Positions 11,856 to 24,648 of a stretch of DNA of 64,000 bases are shown here, one piece after another (positions within the stretch are counted from its first letter, which is position 1; every line of letters starts with the position of its first letter). The translations under genes and the position numbers were made by a program. The notes under the pieces were generated by a model. That model worked only from the letters and a program-made list of their open reading frames with translations. It ran no database searches and was not told the DNA's origin. Location: positions 868,001 through 932,000 of the forward strand of contig CP110439.1 in assembly GCA_026914245.1 (NCBI GenBank), given 5' to 3'. Source of the stretch: Puccinia triticina. Its lineage: Eukaryota.

Positions 11856-12900
11856 TGTGGAACTACTCAAATGGGAGAATAGAGCTGGGAAGGGAAATGT
11901 ATAACTACACTAGTACTAATGTAAGCTATACCAAGAATGCTGATATAAGAGCTGCCTTCCTGACTAATACTACTGGGGATGAGTGTAACACTAAGAAAAA
12001 GAAGAAAGGTGTGGCTTTTCTACTACAGTCAAACCTGTGAAACCGCATACTTGTATAAGGGCATAACCTCCCAAACCACATACTGATTTGGGTCCACCAA
12101 AATTTAATTTTGGCCTGTAGCTAACCCTTGTAACCACATAACCTGCCAAACCACATAGCAAATTCTGTCCACCAAGGGGTATGTGGTTTCAAGGGTTTGA
12201 CTGTATGATCTTAGACTGACTAATACTATGAGCTGACTACTTGTACCTGTAGGGTATGAGGAGGAGAGGAGGAGTAGTGGGGAAAAAGATGAAAGGTGGT
12301 GTGCAAATGTGAATGATATATGCAGGGGGATATATTTCTGGTATGTGTGAAAGTGTATAAGATGTGTGAATGGCAATGTTATCTAATGGTGTGGTGAAAT
12401 GTGTACTGATGAAGGTGTATCTAATGGTGTGGTGAAAAGGTCATACAGGGTGTATGGGGTAGAAAGTGCATGTGCATGTCTCTCCCTTTTTTTGGGGATA
12501 CAACATCTAGAGGGGAGTATATATGTGAGGAAATACAACAAGGGGGAAATCATGATGAGCACAATGTAACAAGGTCTGAAGATGAGCAATGATGAAATGT
12601 AATGATGAAGTGAGGTAATGATGAGCACTATGTAATGTAATGATGAAGTGAAGTAATGATGAGCACTACGTGATGTAATGATGAAGTGAAGTAATGATGA
12701 GCACTATGTAATGTAATGATGAAGTGTAAGAAGCAGGAAAATACCAATGAAACTGTATATGCTAATAACTTCTGATCCAAAGGGAATTTCAGGGTGGTAT
12801 GAGTGAGTGACTAGGGGTAAAATGAGGTGTAGAATCTGAATCTGGAATAATAATGATGGATATGTGAAGGATATGTATGATATGAGAATGGTGATATGAG
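11856..12900 (-). repeat. 5' LTR (truncated, MITE-interrupted)
   Basis: Matches 3949-4813 apart from about 2 substitutions seen and the 12026-12203 insertion. Confidence 0.85.
12026..12203. mobile_element. Tc1/mariner-type MITE
   Basis: TIR CAGTCAAACC...GGTTTGACTG; TA TSD; empty site CTACTATGATC present in the sister LTR. Confidence 0.9.
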
Positions 12901-15079
12901 AAAGCAATGAAAAACACACACTGGTCATCAATTTTGGGTACATGGGTAAACTTCTGGCCAATGTCCACCCTGATGTTTGGTTTGCCCAAACATGAGGGTG
13001 GAAATTACAAAATAAAAAAACCCCTCCCCGGTAAAAAAGGGGGATTCTGAGCCAATCCAAGTTTACCCCCGTGCCCATAGTTCACTTGTACCAACCTTCA
13101 AACCACCAGACACCATTTTTTTTTACTTGTTTTCCTCACATATTTGGGTGAATCCTGCTTTCTGAAGGCCACTTATTTTGAGTGTTCTGGAGAAAGCAGG
13201 TATGCAGTGCAGAAGTATTAACTAACATGTGGTGCTACATAAGTACCATGTGATGAGAGCAATCAGAGACATTTTTTTGAACCATGCAAATCAAAACAAA
13301 GGTAGATAGGATGGGATTCACGTAAAATGGCTGGGTATAAAATCTAAAGATGATAAATTTACAAGAAAAAATGTGTCACCAACATTGGGATTTGTGTGGG
13401 CATTCAATAATTCACCACTCAACTTGGATTTCTCAGACCAGATTTTGAATTATTTCTCCAGCTGGCTCCAGGAGCAAGGGAATATTGATGCGCTTGTGAA
13501 TATCCAGCAATCTACTGTGTTTCCCTTGAGAAGCTTTATTTAGGCCTCTGGACCATGCATGTTTCAGTCAGTTGTATTTCAATTTACAAAAATTGTACAG
13601 TGTTTAGTCATGTATTAGGCAAGGTGTATATTCCCAAATTAACAACTCTTCAAAATTCACAATTCAACATTGTTTTCTGGTTCATCCCTTGGAAAAAATG
13701 GTAGGTAAAATTGACTCCAGTATTTTCACATTTCATATTTATGGGAGGAAAATTGCATGTTACACAGGTTTTCCTTGCTCTGACACTGATTGATACTTGA
13801 AGAATAGAAAGTTGATGGCAAAACACTTTCTTTCCAGTTTAATATAGGGGATCCGCATGGAAGAAATATGCTGAAAGGATTCATCAGCCAGTTGGCTGAT
13901 CCTCCAAAGTTGCAACATTTAAAAATTATGTTGCATGGTATGATGTTATGGGTTTTTTGACTGAAAAGATCTGCAATGAAAATTATTCCCCCTCACTTGG
14001 ATGAGGATGTATTTTAGAATATGGATAGGTACATTTTTGGAAACACTTGTGTGCATTGAAGTTTGATTCCACAGTTGTTATCATGATGAACCTAACACAA
14101 AACTTCAGCCAAGAGATGTTCATGTGTTGGAATTGAGTTACAGATCATTGCAAAACAACTTGACCTACAGTTACCCTTGTATTTGGAAGAAAGTGAAAAA
14201 GAGTTGAAGTTGACATTTGAATCACATCAGACCCCATTGCATACAAAATTACGGCTTGGCACTCTCTAGAGAGTGCAACAAATTCCCCCCTGGTGTTGGC
14301 TCCACGACCAGTGTGTCCTTTTCATGGAGATGTGAAAGGCCCAGCCTGTGATATTGTCCCCCTCATGTACTTGCATGCGTCAGGGGGACAATTGGTGTCT
14401 CAATACAAAGCTTTTAATTTTCATGTGGCCATGAAAGGCCCATCCTGTGATATTTCCACATCAAAGTACGCGCATACATTAGGGTGACTATTAGCAAAGT
14501 GCAAAAATTTTCACTTGCATGTGCACATGTGAATTTTGAAAAGCAAAAAAAAAAGCAAAATTCACCAGATAATTTTTGTGAGGAGGCGAGGATATCTGGC
14601 CAAACTGGGGTGGCACCGCAGTCCAACCTTGACTTAACTCAGACTTTCACCCTATTAGAAAAAAATTTCACCATTATTTTTAGCCAAATTCAAATTAATT
14701 CCCGCATTTCCAAGAAAATGGGTTTCACTAATTTTACTGCAACATAAAACCACATTCCAAAATTCCAAACCCAATAGTATTGAGTTGAATTTTACTTTAA
14801 TTTTGTACATGAGGGCATATAACGTGAATTACAAGAAACCCATTTTTTCAGAGGAATTAAATTTGAGAATGTCAATTTTGCTTTGCTATCCTTCAAAATC
14901 AGTAAACAGGAGCAATTGATGAGTTGAATTTGGGTGAAATATCATTTCATCATATTTTTTCCTACAGTTGTACCTAGAAAACAAGAGAATTCTACACAAA
15001 ATCTTGTTGAGTCCCAAATTAATTCTGGCTGACTTTTGAATCACTTCTCCATCCACTTTACAATTCATTTAGGGATGAT

Positions 15080-16128
15080 TTACTAATCCACATCAGGCCC
15101 ACATCTGACCAAAACTCACATAAAATTCAGCTCTGGCACTCCCTGGGGAGTGGGAACATATCTCCCCTGGTGGGAATGCCACACGGAGGAAAGAATCTTC
15201 AATTCAAGACCATGGCAATGTCTGGAGGATCTGCCACATCATCAAGAGCTGGTTCAAGACACAATTCACAAAGGCTTGTTTGATAAAAACCATGAGACCA
15301 GTCTGCTTGACATCTTTTTTTGAAGCTGCAAGCTTTTAAGTATCTGATGGTGGTAAGTGGACTCAATCTTGCTTTGCTTTCTCACAACCAGGGCAGCTGT
15401 TCTGGTTTTTTGTCCTGCTGGGTTGAACCATCTCAATGGGTTTTGAGCTTTTTTCTTGAAGATAGTTGTACATGGTAGGTGCATGGGCATCACTTGCATT
15501 TGTACATCAAGCAAATGCCAGGGGGATTGCCTTTCTTGTACACAGGCTCCTCAAAATATTCCAGAAGTTTAACATACTTGGCTTTCTTCTTTGTTTTCTC
15601 GTCTTCTGACCCGTCTGCGTCAGTGGATTCCTGTTCATAGTTGTAGTGCTTGCCGTTTGCATTGACCTGGAGACAAAAGCCTGAGAAGAAACATAATTTT
15701 CAATCAAAACCAAACAGTGTAGTTTATTATATGGTATGCACACCTCTGCTGTGGAATTCAAACCTTTGGCTTTCTTGGCTGTCCAGCGGTCTTTTCTGCC
15801 TTTTTTCTTGTCAAAGCACTTGTTGCAGAAGCATTGGGGCATTTCTTCTTCTTATTAGGCTTGCTTCTATTTATACTTTGAGTTTTGGTCAACACAAGGG
15901 ATCTGAATTTCCACCATGGTTTTCTGTTGGCTGGTATTCTGGTGCCATAATTTGATGAATCTGAGCTTATATTAACTCTGAGTGCAATGAAGGACTGGAC
16001 TAGGAATGGTTTGATGGTGATTCAGGGGCTATAATCACCAGGGGAGACTTTGACACACTCTCCAGAGAGTGCCAGAGTCTAATTTTATGTTGTTCTGGGT
16101 TGGATGTGAGTCAGATGGGGATTAGTAA
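15080..16128. mobile_element. ~1.05-kb non-autonomous TIR element
   Basis: ~75-bp imperfect TIRs (TTACTAATCC...GGATTAGTAA; CTCTGGCACTC/GAGTGCCAGAG); apparent TSD ATGAT. Confidence 0.65.
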
Positions 16129-16483
16129 ATGATTGATGAATCCTTCAGAAGTCAATGGGAAGTGTGTAAGTAATGTGGAATTGTCACAGGACCAATGTTG
16201 TGTAGAAGCATTTCATTTTATAAGGATAACTTGATTACAACCTGTAATGAAATGATAGCTACTCAATTCCCAATTATTAATCATTTATGGCAAATTTCTG
16301 TTGATCAATTTCTCTTTGTGAAAGGAGTTTAATACAATTTAAATGTTGTAAAATTTGGGACAACTAAGATATGATTCCATGTTAGAAGGCTGAACTGAAA
16401 CTATGTACAATGGAAGATTGATCCTTTCTTGGTCTGATTGAGAAATGAAGTGAAGCAGTTATTCACCTAAGAGCAGGTTGGAT

Positions 16484-17725
16484 TGTGAAGACCCGGAGGT
16501 TTCACATGAATATCGCGACCAGATTACATCAGAAACCTGGCAGTACTTAGCTTGACTCTCCCCATGCCCCAACTAACCCAGCAGAGAGAAGCTGATCTTA
16601 TCTCCTGGGTTAGAAATACGAACATAAGTGGTTCCTAGAATTTCTGAGCCACCTTGGCCTTGCGCCAACCCTTGTGTCTGCCCAGTGAAGAGTCCTTTTA
16701 AAGGAATATTACACAGATTGCCTTACTTCTGAGTATAAGAGAAATAAAGGAAAAGAGAGAACACGAGGTCTTGGGGAGAGTTGAGGAAGGAAGGGATTGG
16801 CTTTGGACAAGAGGATAGTCTGTTGTCTGTGATGTTAACGCTACAAGTCAGCTAGCTTGCTCAGTGCCAACTGCATGATAATGAATGGAGGAGAGAGGCT
16901 CTACCTCTTGTGATCTGCACGCTTGTGGTGACGGTTTATGATTGCAACAAGTTGTTCCAGTTAGGGCTGTGGCTAAGAGTCTGTCTTGGTCAGTCTCAAT
17001 CATATGGTGGCCTGACTAGGACTTGAAGGTGAACTCACTCGTTGGTCAATGGAATTATAAAAGCAGTGAGGCTGGCTGGGTGATTGGTTATTTTGTGATG
17101 TAAAGAGCTGTGTAGACAATAGAGCTGTTAGTCTGATGCCTATTCTGCTGAATCAAAAGCTGCCTCTTAAATACTCACGAGATCAAAGAATCAGAACTCA
17201 GAGCTGCCCTGATGTTGCTATGGTCTCTGACTGTGCCTTGCGCCCTCAAGGAGTTGTTGCTTGTTTCATCTGTTGTAGAGATGACAAGGCAACAGGGTTA
17301 GCTTATGTGGCTTGAGTCTTAAGGGATGAAACTTGGGGCTTATGATGCATTGCATCAGAGTCTGTTTTTCCTCTGCGCCTTTTAGCGCCTGGAGCATCAA
17401 CCTCTGTATTCTGACAGGCTGGGTTGCCTTGAGCCGCTAGGCTTTAGGCAGAGGAAGGAGGGGTTGTTACCCCTATTTCTTGAAGCAATCTTTGGATTGT
17501 GCATCTTCCTGTTGGTTTGGTCAGAAAATTGGCAAAGTTGTTGATGGTGCAGTGCTGCGAGGCGCAGCAGATGAAGCGTTGGTTCCAAGCTTGGAGCTTG
17601 CTTACATAGTCGTGGCAGAGGGGATGCAAGCGGGCGGGTGAGGGGCAGCAAGGTGCAGCTCTGGAGACCTCCAATAGCCTGTATAAATGATGTAAACAGG
17701 CTATTGAGTAGGTCGTTTCCCAAAC
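16484..17725 (-). mobile_element. Copia remnant: RNase H C-terminus and putative 3' LTR (16484-17416)
   Basis: ORF 17444-17674 ends NNFANFLTKPTGR (Copia RNase H ADxLTK-like motif); TGTCAG...TTCACA ends on the minus strand. Confidence 0.5.
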
Positions 17726-17729
17726 TTAA

Positions 17730-20700
17730 CACAAGTGTACCCTCCTTGGGGGAGAGTAGCAACCTCCAAAGGAGGGACTTGCCTCTAAAGTTGCATGTCT
17801 GGCCCTAAAGGATTGAGACAAATGGTAGGGAGGATCCTATGCTCCCCCATTTTCCCCAATATCACCCTCTAGACTTCCAATTCTCTCCTTGCCTTTGGCA
17901 CCATTACAATCACCAGCTTCTTAGCTTATTTCTCCCCACTTCAAACTCCCCCACATCCATCCCCCCTTGTAAGAAACGCGCTTTGTATTTGGTTACATGG
18001 TGGATTTCTGTACCCAATCCCCCCCTTTGAGCCCGCGCAGGCTCAGGGAATTTGAAATTTTGAGACCAAAAACCGCTGGATCACCACTCCAGAACCACTT
18101 CACAGTAGGTGGAGTGGGCTAGTACTTATGTGTGTCAGCTAGGTAAAAAACTGGGGAATGGAAGCTGAGATTGCAGGCTACAAGTCAGTCCACTCAGATT
18201 TTTTTTAAACTAAAAACTACATTTTTAAAAACATTTTGAAAAGAAAATATTTATGTGTTTTTTTGCCAGAAATTCTGGAGTCTTTAGGGCCATGGTGGGA
18301 CTTTTGTTAGAATTCTGCCCCATGCCCAGAAGAGGGTCTATTTCTATTTTGTTCTTTTTCTTTCCATCAGGTTCCTATAGTTACCTAGGCCCCTCTTTAG
18401 GCCCCTTTTTTTCACATGTATTTCACCTGTCCCCACATGAAATACAGACCCCACTTAGTTCCGAGCCCATAGCAGCCAGAATTGCTTCGTTGGAGACTTC
18501 TGTTCTGCTGATCTGAGTCCCTGAGCATCCTGTGCTCTTGATCTTCCCAGCTCATCCCTCACCAGTCTTTGGCTTCAGGCCATATTTTCTTCAACTTTAG
18601 AGGTAAGCCTCTCCTTTGAAGCTTGGTTGTTTCCAGTCTACAGGGGTGCAAGCCCGCAAGCTTTTCAAGAATGGCTGTATTTGTGTCTGATTTCGCAATG
18701 GCTTTGAGCAGCAGATCAGCCTTGATCTCATTGCCTGTCGGGAAAGCTGCACTCTTGAGGCATGGTTTGGTCCATCTGTGGGCAGGCTAGCCAGTAAAGA
18801 GAGTGGTAGCGGGCCAACAAGACCCAAGCTTAACCAAGCCTCTCTGCGTTGGCAAAACTAGCATCAATAAGTCTGGGCAAATACATAATCACAGGGTAAA
18901 TCTTTGATTCCCAATGTGGAAGAAAAAAAAAAATCAGAGGCTCACTAGCAACGCATGCCGAGCTTCACTTCAGGAATGAACCCTCTCGCCGGCCAAGCAC
19001 GTCCCCGGTGAATATACTAGAGTACTTAGGACTGAGGTATTCTCAAGTAACATAATAAACTCACCTTGGAAGCGAGCATACTTGTACCTGCTCGCTGGGA
19101 AGAGATCTTACCCAATGAGTGGCTACTCGGTGCTTGCCACAGAGGAACCATCCTGAACCTTCCCACCAAGCAGGTGCTGCAGCGGTTTACGGGATCCTTT
19201 CTTGGCCAGCAGGCAGCAACAAGGAGGAGGAATCCCCTCCCGCCAGGAAGGGTTCTCGCACCCCTCGAGCACGGCTTGTGTAAAGTTCGTGCTTTCCAGT
19301 GATTGATGTCTTTTTTGTTGAGACCATAGAACCTCCCTAAATTCTTGCCGTTCCGGCCAAAGGGTACAGCAACGTGGCAGATTAATGTGCATTTCATTAT
19401 TTGTCAAATATTGTCCCCATTGGTCGCTGAATCTTGATACATAAGGATCAGCATCTTCATTATGCATTTGCCGGGACTTATTGCTGCCAGTTTCGCCCAC
19501 CAAGCCTCTCTGGAGGAGAGCCCGCAGGGTCTCTGTCTCACAGAGAGGCTTGCCCCCAAGCGGCGAATTCAGGCGTGAGAGCTGACAGACCGTAGGCCTG
19601 GCCAGCACCCAAATTCCACTAAATCAATGCCTACACATTTTTCACGCAACATACGGGGTCATGAGTAGCACGGCCTTGTAGCCTGGCTGCTTGCGCAGCC
19701 ATCTATCCATCCCCCCAGAGCAGTGCTAGACATCCTTTCAAAAAACACAATGAGTTGTTTTCCAAAAGTCAAAAACTTGTTTTTTTCACTCCTGTACACT
19801 CCACTATCCAATAAACTTGCTGTATCCTACCTGTACCATGACAAAAACATAGTACAGAAGCCACCATAGCTGTACACTTTGGCATGTGTATTTAGCTCTT
19901 ATGTACTTGCCTCGCATGTACAAATGTATGGACAATCCAAGAATCTTGGTAAGATGATGTTACAAGCTTTGTAACTTCAAGACCGTTTAAGTTAATGACA
20001 TATGATCTATGTAGGATTGAAGGCAAGATGCAGGCCTTCAATCTGGCACCAGGGCGGCCTGATTGACCCGCAGGAGGCAAATTTAGTGTGGTGTTGAAGT
20101 TTGACACCAGCCAAATGGTTGGAGGTGGTCCTCAGCGCTCACACCAAATTTCCCCGCTTACTCCCAAGTCCCTCCTTCAGAGGCTTGTGCTTTGCGTGAG
20201 GGGCGCCAGCCTGTCAACTCAGTTACATCCGAGCTTAACCAAGCCTCTCAAACGGGGGTCCCAAAGGGACTCTCCGTAGGAGAGGCTTACCTCCAAAGTC
20301 GCCCGCGTGGCCTGAGCAATTTGAGAAAATGGTGAAATTTTAACCATTTTTAAGCTCAAGAATCATTTGAGCAAAAGCAAAGCCCTTCAGAACAATTCTG
20401 ATTCGGCAAAGTTGTAGCCTTGCTTCTTAGGCATATTTTCCTTGTTTTTTGGAAAAAAAAAAGGTGCAAAATAGCTGGTCGCTTGCGATTTGCAGTTGGT
20501 CTTGTTCTTTCCTTTTGCGAAGTAAAGCTTGACAGGTGGAGAACTGTTTGGATCATTGGACCATAAACCCTCTCATGGTTTTTTGACTTGCTGCAGCCAG
20601 GTGCTGAATACATACTAGTATCTGATCATCAATTCATCATGATTGTTAGTTGGAATGGTGAAAAATTGATAATATGTATTTGTTTTTTCTGCTGTGTGAT

Positions 20701-21042
20701 ACTTGGTTATGTATATAACACCAGATACATCCGTTGGGATATCTGGGCTTGAAGAAGTCGGATTGTTTACAGTGGCATTTTATTGACATAATGATTTATT
20801 TGAAGGGATGAAGTTATTTGGGAATTTTAAGCTGGAATAAATGTGCTTGGAATCTTGCGCTTCTAATGGTGCCGGCGGCGGGATGTTTTTTGAAGTGCTA
20901 GTGATGAATTGAGGGGGTGAGATCACCTCCCAGCCATTTGGCTGGTAGCTCTCCCCCTCGTAAGCTGACTTGGGATGCAAGTCCCTCCCTTCGGGAGGCG
21001 GGCCCTTTGGGCCCCCCCAAGCGTAGGCGTGAGGGACTTGTG
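17730..21042. mobile_element. TTAA-flanked TIR element with hairpin ends and nested relatives
   Basis: TTAA-CACAAG...CTTGTG-TTAA; terminal CCCTCC...GAGGGACTTG palindromes; further TTAA-CCAAGCCTCTC ends at ~18831 and ~20235. Confidence 0.55.
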
Positions 21043-21491
21043 TTAAGTTTGAGTTACATCAAGCTTAGAGTACCAGGTATCTGGTACACGCCGGGGGTAC
21101 TTCCTGGCGAGCAGGTTTGTGGATCCAACAAGGAGCTGTTGATCCGTGGAACCGACGAGGATCAGCTTGGTAAGTGCTTGGTAAGCTTTTTGGTTCCACA
21201 GATCATCATTTTCCCCGTGGAACCAACAAGTTTGTCACTTTTCCCCATCGGTTCCACGAAGCACACTCCTGTAACTTGTGGAGACCACGTTGGCTTGTTG
21301 CTCACGTCGGTTCCACCACCACAAGTTTTTTTTTTCACTTCCAACCAGGAGTAGCTCAGGCTGGTCCTGAAGTGTTGAAAGTTTGAGAAAATAAGTAGTT
21401 GAAAGGAAGAAAAAAAACTTTGATGGAAAATCGACTCGCAAACGGCTTCCTGAGTGGGTATAATACTTATGAGCGAGGAAGTACTACACTA

Positions 21492-21736
21492 TATGGAATA
21501 GCGTACACTACGGGCAAATAGGTGTCGTTGCGGCCCGCAGCGTCACCTGACGTTGCATTTGGGGTCGCGGCCGCAGTGACTGCGCCTACTTGCGCAGTCA
21601 CGCGGGCTTGCAACGACAGGGTGACGCTGCATCCCGCAGCGACAGCTACATGCCTGTAGTGGTAGCTGCTATGTAAGCAACGCTGCTGGCATTTGACTGG
21701 TCCGCAGCTGGGTTCGACTCCCACCAGCATCATTTT
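21492..21736 (+). pseudogene. tRNA-like Pol III unit (tRNA pseudogene or SINE head) interrupted by a CACTA MITE
   Basis: After removing the MITE: A box TAGCGTAGCTG, T-arm TGGG-TTCGACT-CCCA, then a T-run. Confidence 0.5.
21506..21661. mobile_element. 156-bp CACTA (EnSpm) MITE, copy 1
   Basis: CACTACGGGCA...TGCCTGTAGTG; 3-bp TSD GTA; second copy at 47059-47214. Confidence 0.9.
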
Positions 21737-22263
21737 GTGGGTGCAGCTCTTTTTTCACCAGCTCGGTACTATGTTCCACGTGGATTTCACGGCGGGCGGA
21801 ATCGGTATCCTCGGATGATCATCACGAGGAGCCCCCGTGATCCATTTGGTGGAGAACACGTGAACGTGTGGACCAGCAGCCGCTGGTCCAACCTCGCGCA
21901 GGGGCACTATGGGGAATCCACGAGGATTCCTCGAGATATCCTCGTCGAAGGACTCCCCGGGTGTAGGGAAGGGGCTGGGGGCGCAGGAATGGATTCTGGA
22001 GGGGCAGCCGGGGGTTTGCAGGCGGGCTCCCTGCAGCTCTCTAAGCCGCCCGCCCATTCGGAGAAGGGCATCTAAAAGGCGCCTTCACAGACATCTGAGA
22101 GGCCGCCTTTTAGATGTCAGCTCTCCAGTATCATAGGTGGGCCTCCGGCCTAGCTCGGGAGGCACTTAGTTAAGTTAGGCGTGATACGTGCATTGCTGAG
22201 CATAGTTCATCAGCCAACAATGAACTGTTGTTCACAAGGTAACGTTAGGCAAGAGCTTCATCA

Positions 22264-22836
22264 TTAGGCAGCGATAGTAACTTCGACCTCAACTCCGGGC
22301 TCAATCGACATGGAAGTCTGCAAGGAGAGCAATAAGGGGGCAAGTTAATAATAGTCCAATCACTTGAATCGAAGCTGAAAATACCTACGATTTGTTTGAC
22401 GGTCTCCGCTGGACTTTGGAGATCAATCAATCGTTTGTGGATTTTCATTTCGAACCGATCCCAGGTCTTGGAACCTTCACCACAAGGCTGCAAGGGGATA
22501 AGGTAGTCAGTTTACATGCCAGTGGGACCGAGGGAAACAAAAAACTGACAGTTTTTCGGGTAGTGATGGTTAGTCGCTTAGTAGGAAGACGAACGGGACC
22601 CTTGACACGTAGATCCTTGTCTTTCGCTCGGCTAACTAAGTCGAAGCAAACTGAGCAAGACGAACACAGAGAAGGGTCAGTAAGATATCACCTGCGATTT
22701 CGAAGCAAACAGAAGTACCTTTCTCGAGCGCCTTAACGTTCTTGCTGGTCAAAGTGATACGGATTCGGTGCGATTTGGGTGGGGGTAAGCCGCCCGCCTC
22801 GTAATCCTTTTCACCACCTTTAGCGACGTAACTCAT
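22264..22836 (-). CDS. RPS20: 40S ribosomal protein S20 (uS10), 123 aa, 4 coding exons
   Basis: Exons 22836-22719, 22650-22550, 22487-22389, 22317-22264 with GT-AG introns give MSYVAK...[19 protein letters not shown]...KGPVRLPTK...[26 protein letters not shown]...[12 protein letters not shown]; probable 5'-UTR intron ~22932-22872. Confidence 0.97.
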
Positions 22837-23230
22837 TTTGTGTGCGAGTGGACGGGATGAGTCAGCGGTGACTGTGTAACAACTGATTAGCTTGACTCGG
22901 ACCTGTTTTTCAACGATGCAGAGGTGCCTTACCTTGAGTGGTATGGGTTGGTGGGGGGCGGGCGGGGACCGGCTGGGAGTGGGCCGCATATGTCGGGGAC
23001 TTAAACCTAACTGCGAGATAGGGTGAGGAAAGCGGGAGTCATTGCGGACTGCGCCGCGCATTGCTGGGCGCGCTCTCTCCACTCCGCCCCAACGCCTCTT
23101 TATCACGCGCGGCGTGGGCCTTGGCACGTGCGCACATCGATGGTACATGAACGGACATCGACGGTATGTATGTACATATGTAGCTGTACATAAACGTAGC
23201 TATGTAGCCGCAGAGGAACTTGGATACAAC

Positions 23231-23575
23231 AGGATTTTTGAGTCCCGACGAAGAAAAGAAGATGGTGAGGGAATGTTCCATATGTGTAATGGTGAATGCT
23301 GAACAGATTTCTTGGCAAAATGTAAAAGATGTGCCAACGGGCGGCGCGCGTCCTTCATACATAGCAAAAATACACCTCTCCAGAAGCTTACAAACGTTGT
23401 ACTCTAGGATTTTTGAGTCCCGACGAAGAAAAGAAGATGGCGAGGGAGTGTTCCATGTGTGTAATGGTGAATGCTGAACAGATTTCTTGGCAAAATGTAA
23501 AAGATGTGCCAACGGGCGGCGCGCGTCCTTCATACATAGCAAAAATACACCTCTCCAGAAGCTTACAAACGTTGT
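23231..23575. repeat. Tandem duplication (175-bp period) in the divergent promoter region
   Basis: 23231-23400 repeated at 23406-23575 with few substitutions. Confidence 0.9.
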
Positions 23576-23732
23576 GCTCCGTCCGGGTACAGGCGTGTGT
23601 ACACCTCAGCCCACTCACGATAAGAAATTGAAGGGACGAGAGGCGGTCAAGGGGTGCTCCAAAAAGCTTCCAAACATTTTCCTTTCTGCACCTCACAGAG
23701 CTTCGGCCTTTGACACGGAGTTTGCTTACCGG

Positions 23733-24648
23733 ATGGCACCTGAGTCGTTTCAATATCCATCTCCTTATACTGGCTATCAGTCAGGAATTAATCCTCATAG
23801 AACAAGGTTTACCCCGAATATCGATGCGGCAACTCTAAGCTCGCATCAATCATGGGCGAATTCTTCGTCTGTGGGGGGTAATGCCTCGATGGAAATGAAT
23901 GTTGACGCGCCTTGTACGTGGTTCAAGTCATGATTATTTTGTCTCCGACTTTGTTCAAAATAGGAGACAGTTAACCTGTGGAATTGACGCACGATTCGTC
24001 CCTCTAGGCGAAAACTGCAATTACCAACACCGATGCACTCGGCCGGCGGGGTCATCGTTTTGTCATCGATGCGCTTCTCTCAATTTAACATGCAGGACGG
24101 CGCTCGAAAGGCAATCAAGCTCCCGGCCGTTGGCTTGCCATGACTGGCCTCTCACATCCGAAAATCGATATGGAAACCCACCGATTACCAATACGGCTTC
24201 AGCAGCACCACTCCTTCCGCGAAGTTCCAAACCTCAAGGGACATTGGAGACAAGTGTGAAACGCGGACCCGGCAGAGGATGCATTCCAACACTAGATGCG
24301 CGTCTTTCGCGACTCGAGAATCTCTTAGGAGAGGCTTTGCCTAACGCGTCACAAGTTTTGAATCCGGGAAAATACGCGTCAGGACTCGCCAACAATTCCT
24401 CAACGACCGACCATAGATGGGCGTCATATCCTTCCCAATTGTCATTGGCCGGTGCCAGAACGAGAAGAGTTTCGCAAGATTCGACGTTGGAACTGCCTGA
24501 GGACCCGCTTCTGGATGGTGCTATGGAAGATGCCCTACTAGCTGGACAGCCGATCCACCAGCTTTACTCCTGCGGAAATGCGGCAGGCCTACCGAAGAAA
24601 GGAAACCTGTCGACCGCAAGGCTGTTTCTAGAATCATCAAGAAAGTAA
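23733..24648 (+). CDS. Zn(II)2Cys6 binuclear-cluster protein (putative transcription factor; possibly truncated)
   Basis: Removing GT-AG intron 23914-24007 gives C-EN-C-NYQHR-C-TRPAGSSF-C-HR-C-ASLNLT-C, followed by coiled-coil-like LDARLSRLENLL; start codon inferred. Confidence 0.7.

Larger units (their letters stand above)
3949..12900 (-). mobile_element. Non-autonomous Gypsy-type LTR retrotransposon (gag plus degenerate protease; no RT/INT recognised)
   Basis: Near-identical LTRs 3949-4832 (TGTGG...CCACA) and 11856-12900 (truncated ~19 bp, MITE inserted); PPT G-run at 4834-4841; PBS-like TGGTGTCCCAACAGTGG at ~11837-11853. Confidence 0.85.

Noticed and set aside
12901..15070. Possible decayed transposase region
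   Set aside because: AT-rich, with no ORF or termini I could assign
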